Shown here in pieces: positions 1-8,574 of a stretch of DNA of 18,290 nt; position 1 is the first letter of the stretch; each line of letters begins with the position of its first letter. Origin of the DNA: a bacterium (GTDB lineage: Bacteria > Arandabacterota > Arandabacteria > Arandabacterales > JALGWA01); contig JASFEA010000064.1 of NCBI GenBank assembly GCA_050125095.1, positions 1 to 18,290 on the forward strand, read 5' to 3'. The position numbers and the translations under genes are program-made. Under the pieces are notes generated by a model that was given only the letters and a program-made list of their open reading frames with translations, was not told where the DNA came from and did no database searches.

Positions 1-660
1 GTGCCGGAATCACTGAAAAGAGCGGCCGAGGAAGCGGCTGGTCGAGGCCAGGCAGCCATCTACATGATTCGGGGAACAAAGGCCCTATCGGTCTTCGCCG
101 TGGCCGACGCCATTCGGGAGGAGAGCCGCGAAGCCGTTCGTGCGCTGCATGACCGAGGTATCGAAGTGGCAATGCTCACCGGAGACGCACAGGCAGTTGC
201 GGATGCTGTCGCCGTCGAACTGGGCATTGATACTGTGTTTGCGCAGGTTCTTCCCGGGGACAAGGCAAATAGAGTGCAGGAACTGCAGCGACAGGGGAAA
301 AAGGTGGCGATGGTGGGCGACGGGGTCAACGATGCCCCCGCCCTGGCAACCGCCGATATCGGGATCGCCATCGGCGCAGGCACGGACGTCGCCGTGGAGG
401 CCGGGCACATAGTCCTGGTCCGGTCCGATCCTCGCGATATACCTCGAATCATCTCCCTGTCCGGCGCCACCTACCGGAAGATGCTGCAGAACCTGTGGTG
501 GGCGGCAGGTTATAACACGTTTGCCATTCCCCTGGCCGCCGGCGTGCTAGCCGCGTGGGGTATCCTGCTTACACCGGCTGTAGGCGCGGTGCTCATGTCG
601 GCGAGCACCGTGGTGGTGGCGATAAACGCTCAGCTTCTCAAGCGGGTGCAATTGAGATGA
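1..660 (+). CDS. copB: Heavy-metal (copper) translocating P1B-type ATPase, C-terminal part (5' end outside the window)
   Basis: MLTGD and [11 protein letters not shown] motifs. The last TM helices carry WAAGYN and MSAST, as in the P1B-3/CopB subgroup. The CPx helix lies outside the window. Confidence 0.85.
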   Translation: MPESLKRAAEEAAGRGQAAIYMIRGTKALSVFAVADAIREESREAVRALHDRGIEVAMLTGDAQAVADAVAVELGIDTVFAQVLPGDKANRVQELQRQGKKVAMVGDGVNDAPALATADIGIAIGAGTDVAVEAGHIVLVRSDPRDIPRIISLSGATYRKMLQNLWWAAGYNTFAIPLAAGVLAAWGILLTPAVGAVLMSASTVVVAINAQLLKRVQLR

Positions 661-779
661 CCAAACCCATATTCAATATCAACCGCGCCCCCGTTCTGGC
701 CCTCTGGGGACCTGTTGTGGCAGAAGGGCTCGGGTACGATACCCGACCCGCTCTCTCGCGGATTGACCTGCACGTCTGA
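657..779 (+). pseudogene. Internally deleted, frameshifted paralog of the 2719..3249 gene
   Basis: 657-759 aligns to 2722-2824 ([29 protein letters not shown] vs MTRPIVKINRAPVLTLWGAVVAERLGYDT). From 760 the sequence aligns to 3243 onward (ggattgacctgcacgtctgaatcca vs ggattgatctgcacctctgaatcca). The ATG overlaps the ATPase stop (ATGA). Confidence 0.9.
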
Positions 780-1065
780 ATCCAGTGAGGCCGCGTTGAG
801 GTGTGGGCCCTGATTCGGAGCGGTAGTAGTTATTCGATCAGGCATGAACACAGGGGGCTTGGTGAGTCTGGTCGGTTTTCTGGATAAGAAGTCGGAGGTA
901 GGAACACCGCTCTCGATCAAGGTAATGATCATCTGGTGCAGCGGCGAGGACTATCGGCATTCCCCGGGTTCATTAATGAAACAGGTCGGATGAGCCTGGA
1001 AATCAAGACCGATTAGGCAGGGGGGAATGATTGACAGAGAGAATAGATGCTGGGGGAACATCGAT

Positions 1066-2652
1066 ATGAAACGAACAGCACTTGTTGTGTGCCTTTTGCT
1101 GGCAACAGCGATGAGCATCAGCGCCCGGGAAGAGGGCGTTCAGGACAGCCAGAAGATCAAAGATGAGGTGTTTTCGGCGGCCCGGAAGGGGGACTTCAAT
1201 GCCGTCAAAGACCTGCTGGAGGAATATCCGGACCTCATTAATACCAGGGCAGCCGGCGGCTGGACCTTACTTCATGTGGCCTACGACAGCCCGGAACTGG
1301 TCGGGTACCTGATCGACAACGGAGCGGAAATCGATGCACGGAGCGATGGCCAGTGGACCCCATTGCACAACCAGGCCTACAGGGGGCATATAGACGGCGT
1401 GGAGCTCCTGCTCGAGCACGGGGCGGACCTTGAAGCCAAGACCTCCTTCGGCCATACGCCTTTATTGAGTTCGCTGCGCTGGGAACGGGTTGAGGTGACG
1501 AAGCTCCTGGTCAAAAGGGGAGCGGATGTCAATGCCAGCACCGAACTGGGAAGAACCGCCCTCATCGTCAGCACCATCGAAGGCAATTCGGAAATGGCCG
1601 GGCTTTTCCTGGAAAGCGGTGCGGATGTCGGCATGAAGGACAATAACTATGGAAGGACGGCGCTGCATTTTGCTGGCCTGTATGGCCAGCTGGATATTGC
1701 CGCAGCGCTTATAGAGAAGGGGGCGAATGTCAACGAAGAGGATGCGGACGGGCGAACGCCTCTTGATTACGCCAACCGGTACGGCCATGAGAAGGTGGCG
1801 AGACTTCTGAAATCCTCGGGAGCCCACGGGGAGATCGACCCGGGGCATTTCGGGTTTTCGCCTTATCTCAAAGAGGCCCTGGAAGAAGGCAAGGCTTATG
1901 CCTGGTATATGGGTGATGCCGGATACGCTGTAAAGACGAAAAACCTCTTCCTCCTGTTCAACTACGGCTACAACTCCGGCGCAGGTCTCCCGGCAGAGCC
2001 CCGGTTGGCCAACGGGCGCATACATCTCGACGAGATTGCTGATTGCCGCACCATCGTGTTTGCCGGAAGTATGCATCACTCTCATCACCATCCCGAAGGA
2101 TACAGCAAGTGGCAGCAGACCCACAAAGACATCACCTTCATCTACAGTTTCAAGGATACGCTCGGCAGGAATCCGAATTACTTCAAGGATGTGGAAGGGC
2201 CCGAGTACATCTATCTGCCCGACGGAGAGAAAACAACCATTCAGGGCGCAGAAGTGGAAACCATAGCGGTTTCGGGTTTTGGACCCCGCGGCTCGGGATT
2301 CCTGGTGGAAGTGGACGGACTGGTGATCTTTTACGGTGGCAACCACCTCCTGGGCAATGAATCCCAGAGAGAAGCCTTCTATGAGCCCATCGACGCACTG
2401 AAGGACAGGGGTATAGAGATCGACCTTCTGATCCTTCCGGGTAATTTCGCTTTGGGACGGATTTTCCCCATGAATATAGAGGGCGTCGAATATTCGGTTA
2501 GGACGCTCAAGCCCCAAGCCTACCTTGCCTCGGGAGGCGATTCGACGGAATTCGTCCTCTTGGAACTGGCCGCTGCTCTCGAGAAGTACAGAGACCAGAC
2601 GAGAATCTTCTGCCCCGAACACAGAGGAGATATGTTTAGATTAGATAATTGA
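1066..2652 (+). CDS. Secreted ankyrin-repeat protein with C-terminal metallo-beta-lactamase-fold domain (degenerate metal site)
   Basis: Signal peptide MKRTALVVCLLLATAMSISA after a G-rich RBS. About 6-7 ankyrin repeats (GWTLLH, WTPLH, GHTPL, GRTAL, GRTALH, GRTPL). C-terminal WYMGDAGYAVKT and GFLVEVDGLVIFYGGN resemble MBL-fold strands. Confidence 0.8.
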   Translation: MKRTALVVCLLLATAMSISAREEGVQDSQKIKDEVFSAARKGDFNAVKDLLEEYPDLINTRAAGGWTLLHVAYDSPELVGYLIDNGAEIDARSDGQWTPLHNQAYRGHIDGVELLLEHGADLEAKTSFGHTPLLSSLRWERVEVTKLLVKRGADVNASTELGRTALIVSTIEGNSEMAGLFLESGADVGMKDNNYGRTALHFAGLYGQLDIAAALIEKGANVNEEDADGRTPLDYANRYGHEKVARLLKSSGAHGEIDPGHFGFSPYLKEALEEGKAYAWYMGDAGYAVKTKNLFLLFNYGYNSGAGLPAEPRLANGRIHLDEIADCRTIVFAGSMHHSHHHPEGYSKWQQTHKDITFIYSFKDTLGRNPNYFKDVEGPEYIYLPDGEKTTIQGAEVETIAVSGFGPRGSGFLVEVDGLVIFYGGNHLLGNESQREAFYEPIDALKDRGIEIDLLILPGNFALGRIFPMNIEGVEYSVRTLKPQAYLASGGDSTEFVLLELAAALEKYRDQTRIFCPEHRGDMFRLDN

Positions 2653-2718
2653 GATTATTGCGAGCGCATTCGTTTCTGAAAATACGGCTCTGGGCCGTGT
2701 TACCGTCGTCAGGGAGCG

Positions 2719-3249
2719 ATGATGACCAGACCAATAGTAAAGATCAACCGGGCCCCCGTTCTCACTCTCTGGGGAGCTGTTGTTGCAGAACGGCTCGGGT
2801 ACGACACCCAGTCTGCCCTCTCGCTCGGGAAGGCGCTTTCAGGACTGAACGCCCAGGCCAAGGGCCGGCGACTTGGAATCTTCAATGCGAAGAAAGCCCC
2901 GGACGGCGGGCCGCCCAAAAAGGTTGGTTTAGGCGAGGAGTTCTGGATCGAGCTATGCGGGCGGGGCATCCCTTCGAAGAAGACTGCCGATGGAGTACGC
3001 GCCGTCGTCAAGGACAAGCCCGTGGATCCTGCGGCCGCCCAACGCTATCTGGAGAAGAAGTTCGGCGACGATCTGGACCGTGTGAAATCAGCCATGCGGG
3101 ACCTGGCGGAGTCGCTCGAACCGGAGGATCTTTCCGATCGAGCCTATTCGCTCTATGAGGAGTTCCGTCCCGTGATTCCCAAAGGCAAACGCGGATGGGG
3201 CGCCAAGGGTGATCTCGATCTTGCTCTGATTCGCTCCCTTGCGGATTGA
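2719..3249 (+). CDS. Conserved hypothetical protein (INRAPVLTLW...YEEFRP...GWGAKG motifs)
   Basis: 176-aa ORF with GGGAG RBS and protein-like composition. A diverged second copy of its ends lies at 657-835. Confidence 0.8.
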   Translation: MMTRPIVKINRAPVLTLWGAVVAERLGYDTQSALSLGKALSGLNAQAKGRRLGIFNAKKAPDGGPPKKVGLGEEFWIELCGRGIPSKKTADGVRAVVKDKPVDPAAAQRYLEKKFGDDLDRVKSAMRDLAESLEPEDLSDRAYSLYEEFRPVIPKGKRGWGAKGDLDLALIRSLAD

Positions 3250-3384
3250 TCTGCACCTCTGAATCCAATAAGACCATGGTGACACCCGGGCCATTGATTC
3301 GCCTGGTTGTACTGGATTTGCAGCCACGGGTAGGGTACACTGTGCTTCTCCGGGACACTCTTGTGATGCCGAAGGAGGCCTTCG

Positions 3385-5565
3385 ATGAAACAGCATTGCT
3401 CTCTCTATCTGATCTGCATCCTCTGCCTGCTGTTGGGATGTTCCGGGGACACAACCACCGGTCCTGATCCTGACGACGGCACATACACGCTGGAGGAGAC
3501 TCAAACCGTCGGAGCGGCGGGAGGCACAATCGAGATTGATGATTTTTCCCTCACGGTTCCGGCCGGGGCTTTCGACGGGGATCATACTCTGAAGCTGTTC
3601 GCCTCGTCTGAAGATCGCCCATTCGACCAGAACCAGGTGACGCGGGCCTTCCGTCTTGTGGGCCTGCCGGATGATTTTTCCTTGCCTCTGCGCCTGAGCA
3701 TCAAGTACGAAGGTACACTCTCCGAAGAGAGTCTTGTCGCCCTGGGAGGACGCTTTTTCGACTATGTTCGGGGCGATTCCGTGACGGCCTTCGGCCCTTA
3801 TGTTGCCTCCGATTCGTCAGGCCACCTGGTGTGTGAAATACCGCCCGATAGCAGCGAGACTATGCGGCCGCAACAGGCTGGCCCTAATGCGACCTTTGGC
3901 CCTTATAGACTGCCTGTGGAGCTCGTGGTAACCGGTCTGACCGGGTATGACACCAGATACATAGATCATTTCTGGATCGCCTTTCCTAAGAACCTCATCG
4001 AGGTTAGCGCGCCTGCAGTCGACGCAATGCTTGAAGAAATCTATACGAACATCACTACGGACTTCGGGTTCGAATGGCCCAGCCAGATACGGCTCAATGT
4101 CTTTGTCGAGGATCTCGGTCCTTCGATAGGTGCGTCCACTTCCTTTGTCATGCGCCATACTCCCATGCTGGCGATAAGCCGGCAGCATCTGAGCCGGGGA
4201 GATTTCACTGCGGTACGCGTGGACGTGGGCAAGCAGCTTCTTTCCTGGATACTGCTTGGCTATGACGAGTCGGGCCTGGACCCCGGGCACTCCTGGCTCT
4301 GGCATGCCATCGTCGCCTGGTCCGAAGAGGTCTTCACCGATGATGCACAGTATGCGTATCCAGGAGCGTTTCCGGGAAATGAGATGGCCCCTTTCAATGG
4401 AATGAAGGCGGGAGCTGGAGATGGCTCTGATGCCGATCAGGACGCTGACCACGGGCATGGCATGTCCGCCGTCATCAAGTGTCTGGTGGATGATAGCGGT
4501 TTCGGCATGGGGGGGATCAAGGCTACATACGAGGCTATCGAGGCCGGTTCCGACCCCGCGGCGGCACTGCTCAATGAAATGGACGCGATCATAACAGAGT
4601 GGTGGCCGGACTTCTTTCGGGATTACGTGGGAGGGGGGATCTACGGCGTCGGCGGCGACGTTTTCACGAACAGCCAGAACCTCTCCGGGACCTGGACTGT
4701 TGACAGTGGAAACGATACCCTTGCGTCCTTCGCCGGCGATTGTCCGGACCTCTCAGCCAATCTCTATCTCGTGAATCTCAGCTATGGCTCATTGGATGAA
4801 TCGGCGAGTTTGATGCTGACACTCACGGGGGAACTCACGACCCCCGTATGCGTAATGGCGTTTCGTGTGGACGGGACTTCTGTCGGCTACCTGGGCAGTT
4901 CAGCCTCTCAGGGTTCCGCGGCTCTGGAAGTCCCGAATCTCAGAGATCTCGTTGCAGGCGGTTTGAGCAAGCTCCTTGTCGTCGCCGTGAACTCTGATGT
5001 CTCGGAGACGTTTCTCGACGAGAGCAATCTAGATCTCGAGATGAAGATACGGACGAAGCCGGCTATTCCCGGATTCGACAGCTTCGACTTCCTGATCAGG
5101 GTCGTAGGTCAATGGCACTATGTCAGCGGGGATTTCACTTCTGATTACGAAGACGAGCTCGAGGAGGAGCCGTGGGGGCTGATTGATGTAATCCCCGGGG
5201 AAATGACAGACGAGACCACGTTCGAAGGGAGCTTCGAATCAGAAGGAGACAGCATAGGAGTGATTGCGACGTTCAGTCCTGAAATGGACAGCGTGCTCAC
5301 GCTCAGTCTGGAGATGACCTCGGAGCCACAGGACGGAAGGCGCTGGTCTCACAGTTTCGACGTCAGGGGTGTTCCGATATCAGATGATCTTGAAGATTGG
5401 GCCTGGTTCCGGGTCGATGGGGCCGCAGCTTGCACTTACCTTGATGATGTCCAGTACATGTATGCCAATCCGTCGGCCGACGAGTCTAGAACGTTGACCG
5501 GGTACTACTGCACCAGCGAGGGCTCATATCCCAGCCTCCTGATACTGCATTTCCATAAGGAATAA
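3385..5565 (+). CDS. Large acidic lipoprotein with N-terminal ZU5-like domain and a possible degenerate zincin-like middle domain
   Basis: AGGAGG RBS and lipobox LLGC. QTVGAAGGTI...LTVPAGAF matches the ZU5-like pattern. The middle region resembles a gluzincin helix pair but has no HExxH. Confidence 0.7.
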   Translation: MKQHCSLYLICILCLLLGCSGDTTTGPDPDDGTYTLEETQTVGAAGGTIEIDDFSLTVPAGAFDGDHTLKLFASSEDRPFDQNQVTRAFRLVGLPDDFSLPLRLSIKYEGTLSEESLVALGGRFFDYVRGDSVTAFGPYVASDSSGHLVCEIPPDSSETMRPQQAGPNATFGPYRLPVELVVTGLTGYDTRYIDHFWIAFPKNLIEVSAPAVDAMLEEIYTNITTDFGFEWPSQIRLNVFVEDLGPSIGASTSFVMRHTPMLAISRQHLSRGDFTAVRVDVGKQLLSWILLGYDESGLDPGHSWLWHAIVAWSEEVFTDDAQYAYPGAFPGNEMAPFNGMKAGAGDGSDADQDADHGHGMSAVIKCLVDDSGFGMGGIKATYEAIEAGSDPAAALLNEMDAIITEWWPDFFRDYVGGGIYGVGGDVFTNSQNLSGTWTVDSGNDTLASFAGDCPDLSANLYLVNLSYGSLDESASLMLTLTGELTTPVCVMAFRVDGTSVGYLGSSASQGSAALEVPNLRDLVAGGLSKLLVVAVNSDVSETFLDESNLDLEMKIRTKPAIPGFDSFDFLIRVVGQWHYVSGDFTSDYEDELEEEPWGLIDVIPGEMTDETTFEGSFESEGDSIGVIATFSPEMDSVLTLSLEMTSEPQDGRRWSHSFDVRGVPISDDLEDWAWFRVDGAAACTYLDDVQYMYANPSADESRTLTGYYCTSEGSYPSLLILHFHKE

Positions 5566-5765
5566 ACGCGTCGGAGGCTCAATCTGCAGGAGTAGATGCG
5601 ACTGACCGGTCAGGGGGGGCTCTATCCCGTTGTTCCTGGTGCCCTACGCCATCTTCTTCCACATGTTGTCGCGGTTGAACTATGCGATGCATGGTCGAAG
5701 GAGTTGAGAACGCGGCGCCGGACCTCAGGAGGATTATAGGTGACCTCCAACGTCGTAACTCTGCA

Positions 5766-5794
5766 TTGACGCAGCGGGGACGGTCGGGCATAAT
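5766..5794 (+). promoter_or_regulatory. Sigma70-type promoter
   Basis: TTGACG (5766-5771), 17-nt spacer, CATAAT (5789-5794), about 145 nt upstream of the GTG at 5939. Confidence 0.55.
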
Positions 5795-5938
5795 CCTTGC
5801 GGCTCAAGGCCGGTACTGGCTGGCCTCGAAGGTCATGCAAACCGTTATACTTCGTCACTTCTCGTCTATCAAGGGGCAAGTCTACGATACAGCAGATCCG
5901 CGGTGATGCGCTGAACGCGCAGAGGAAGGGGGTAAGAC

Positions 5939-6382
5939 GTGGAGAAGAACCGTGCCACCGAATACATGGCCAGTGGTTATGTGTGATCGGAGTCTGTTCT
6001 CCTGGCCGTGTGCCAGGAATTCGGACTCGAGCCGGAGAATGCGGCCATCCCACGAATAGCGTACGGGTTTGCCGGGGGAATCGGCAACACCGGATCCGTC
6101 TGCGGCGCGGTGGCCGGTGGAGTGATGGCCATCGGCCTCAGGCTGGGTCGAGGAGATACGATGGAGGGCATGCTTAAGAACCTGGGCGTGGTGGGGGAGT
6201 TCCGCCGGCGTTTCGAGGCCGAGATGGGACATATCGGCTGCCGCGAGCTTACCGGGCTGGACTTGAGCGCCAAAGAAGACATGGAGCGGCTGGTGAACTC
6301 CGACATTGCGCAGAAGGTGTGTTTCCCGGCGGTCGGTGCAGCCTACAGACTGGCTGTGGAACTTCTGAAAGAGGCGGAATAG
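5939..6382 (+). CDS. C_GCAxxG_C_C family redox protein, probable selenoprotein (Sec at TGA 5984-5986), 147 aa
   Basis: GTG 5939 follows a purine-rich RBS (gaggaaggggg). The frame reads MEKNRATEYMASGYV-TGA-SESVLLAVCQE, matching the family's GYNCAESVL start. Downstream motifs GFAGGIG, CGAVAG, CRELTG and the final Cys are intact. Confidence 0.88.
5987..6030 (+). promoter_or_regulatory. Bacterial SECIS-like hairpin
   Basis: Upper stem TCCTGGC (6000-6006)/GCCAGGA (6012-6018) with loop CGTGT. Lower stem GAGTCTG (5990-5996)/CGGACTC (6022-6028). The loop starts 20 nt after the UGA. Confidence 0.75.
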
Positions 6383-6443
6383 ACGAGCGCCGCGCCGGAA
6401 TGGGGCTTGCGGCCGATTCGCGGGCGTTCTGTAAGGGGAGAAT

Positions 6444-6773
6444 ATGAAAGAAGCATGCCGCAGGGCGGTAGTAGGCATAGGGACAATCGTCAGCCTGGGC
6501 CTCTCCGTCTTGATCGGCTCGTTTTGGGTGGCGAGAGCTCATGATGTAACTCATCCGTTCAGAGGATCGATGATTATTGCCGTCCTTCTCTTTGCAGGGC
6601 CGCTTGCTCTTGTCTTTCTGATCTTCTCCTCCATCACGTCTTTCAGGATTCAGGGCCCCGCCTGGTGCAATGCGACCCTTGCGGGGGTCAATATCATCGG
6701 GGCGATAATAGCGGCGTTACTCAGTCTATTTCTGCTTACGCTTGGACGAATAAGCCTATTCAATCCGGGATAG
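6444..6773 (+). CDS. Small membrane protein, about 3 TM helices, unknown function
   Basis: AAGGGGAG RBS before ATG; three hydrophobic segments; 109 aa. Confidence 0.7.
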   Translation: MKEACRRAVVGIGTIVSLGLSVLIGSFWVARAHDVTHPFRGSMIIAVLLFAGPLALVFLIFSSITSFRIQGPAWCNATLAGVNIIGAIIAALLSLFLLTLGRISLFNPG

Positions 6774-6774
6774 A

Positions 6775-6804
6775 TTGACAGATCAGCATTTTGCACCGTA
6801 TCAT
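6775..6804 (+). promoter_or_regulatory. Possible sigma70-type promoter
   Basis: TTGACA (6775-6780), 18-nt spacer, TATCAT (6799-6804). Confidence 0.4.
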
Positions 6805-6896
6805 TCGAGTGGCGCGAGGTCGGGAAGACGGTGAAGACGGGCATTCCCCGGCCAGGAGTAGTCACGTCAGGGTATGAAGAACGCAGGAGGTCACTC

Positions 6897-7073
6897 TTGA
6901 AAAAGCTACTCGGCTTCAAGAACACGGCAATCACAGTGGGAGCAGCTTTCTTTATCTCCGGGATCATCAAACTGGCGGTACGAGGCACGACGGACGTCGA
7001 TATCTTCGTAGGAGCAGCATTCCTGGTGTTCGGCATAGTGATTTCTCTGGCCGGGAAGAAATCACCTGAGTAG
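6897..7073 (+). CDS. Small 2-TM membrane protein (58 aa, TTG start)
   Basis: AGGAGG 6 nt before TTG 6897; two hydrophobic helices with basic termini. Confidence 0.65.
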   Translation: MKKLLGFKNTAITVGAAFFISGIIKLAVRGTTDVDIFVGAAFLVFGIVISLAGKKSPE

Positions 7074-7178
7074 TACGGATCCCGATTCCGTTTATGGGCC
7101 GCCTTTGACGACGGCGGGCTCCGCCGGTCTCACGAGTGTCGCCGGTAATAGGCGAACCGCCAGGCACCGCCGGAGGGA

Positions 7179-7583
7179 GTGAAGGACATGGAGTTCTGTA
7201 CGGTCATCAATTGCATGGACGGACGGGTGCAACTGCCCGTGATTGAGTATCTTCAGCGCAGGTTTGATGCCGGTTACGTAGACACCATAACCGAAGCAGG
7301 CCCGACGCTGATTCTGGCGAAGAGGAACGACGCTGCGCTGGTTCAGGGGATTCTCGAAAGAGTGAAAATCTCAATGGGAAAGCATAATTCAGTCGGCATA
7401 GCTGTCGTCGGCCACCAGGATTGTGCGGGAAATCCAGCGCCGTATGACGATCAACTTGCACAAATAAGGGATTCCGTCCAGTTCCTTCGCAGCCAATGCG
7501 GAGGCGCGAAGGTGATTGGATTGTGGGTTGATGGAGACTGGCGCGTCCATGAAGTTGTCGGCGACGCCGAAGAGAGTGGCTGA
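7179..7583 (+). CDS. Minimal beta-class carbonic anhydrase-like protein
   Basis: CMDGR (Cys-x-Asp-x-Arg) and HQDC (HxxC) zinc-ligand motifs of beta-CAs. Start is GTG 7179 or ATG 7188. Confidence 0.8.
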   Translation: MKDMEFCTVINCMDGRVQLPVIEYLQRRFDAGYVDTITEAGPTLILAKRNDAALVQGILERVKISMGKHNSVGIAVVGHQDCAGNPAPYDDQLAQIRDSVQFLRSQCGGAKVIGLWVDGDWRVHEVVGDAEESG

Positions 7584-7701
7584 CAGGGGCCCACAGCCGG
7601 CGCATATGACTTCGACTACATTGAGATGGACGGAAGATCATTCAGCGATGCGGCGGCTGAGGTCGTCGACTTGCTCCCGGGGTGGTTGGTGAAAGCAGGA
7701 A

Positions 7702-8301
7702 ATGTACAGAATCCCCGCAGAAGCGTACCGAACTGAAGAGATGATAAAACGGAGCAGGTTCATTGCTACGGTGGCGCATGCTTCAACAGAGGAGGATGCA
7801 AAGGCCTTTATTTCCGGTGTTAGAGACGAGTTTGCGGATGCCACCCATAATTGCTGGGCCTATGTCTCGGGCCCGCCCGGGGATACCGCCCGGGTCGGGA
7901 TGAGCGATGATGGAGAGCCTCACGGGACGGCGGGAAGACCGATGCTGACGGTTCTTCTGCATTCCGACATCGGAGAAGTAGTCGCGGTTGTTACGAGGTA
8001 TTACGGAGGCACAAAACTCGGAACTGGAGGACTTGTACGGGCTTATTCGGGCTCTGTCAAAAACGCGCTTGCAGGACTGTCTACTCAAGAGAAGAGAGAC
8101 CTTGTTATACTAACCGTTGGCTTTGACTATTCCAAAATCGCCGCCGTTAAGCAGCTGATTGTATCCTTCGATTCCGAGGTTATTGAGGAACATTATGAGG
8201 CTGATGTCTCGTTCAAAGTGGAACTGCCCCGAGACAATGAAGGCAGTTTCATCCTTGCCATCAAAGATGTGACTGGGGGTAAGGGGGTTATCGGGAAGTA
8301 A
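7702..8301 (+). CDS. yigZ: YigZ/IMPACT family protein
   Basis: IKRSRFI, ATHNCWAY, SDDGEPHGTAGRP and VTRYYGGTKLGTGGLVRAY signature motifs. Confidence 0.95.
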   Translation: MYRIPAEAYRTEEMIKRSRFIATVAHASTEEDAKAFISGVRDEFADATHNCWAYVSGPPGDTARVGMSDDGEPHGTAGRPMLTVLLHSDIGEVVAVVTRYYGGTKLGTGGLVRAYSGSVKNALAGLSTQEKRDLVILTVGFDYSKIAAVKQLIVSFDSEVIEEHYEADVSFKVELPRDNEGSFILAIKDVTGGKGVIGK

Positions 8302-8574
8302 TCTGGTGATCAATAACGGTAGAATTCGTTTAACAGGAGTTAAATGCTATTCATGAACGTGGCACGGAATATCCTCTGGGCGGCTGTAGTAGCGATTCTC
8401 CGCGCTTCCACTTCAGCCGGGGCACAGAGGCATGGCGGCCCGCCTGGTCGCAGGAGATTTCCTAAGCGCTCTTTACACCCATGTTGGCTGCCACCGTGGA
8501 CGCCCAGCACCGGCAAGCCAAAGAAGAAAGGCGGTTTCGTAAGTAGGTACACGCGCAATCGCCGCGCGGTTAAC

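Noticed and set aside
1462-2622. 386-aa minus-strand ORF
   Set aside because: Antisense shadow of the ankyrin/MBL gene with no recognisable motifs.
2649-3158. 169-aa + strand ORF overlapping the 2719 gene
   Set aside because: Arg/Gly-rich alternative frame; the duplicate at 657 conserves the 2719 frame instead.
3817-4458. 213-aa minus-strand ORF
   Set aside because: Antisense to the lipoprotein gene, with no motif support.
5682-6177. ORFs 5682..5906 and 5797..6177
   Set aside because: They overlap the predicted promoter and the better-supported selenoprotein frame, and their composition is not protein-like.
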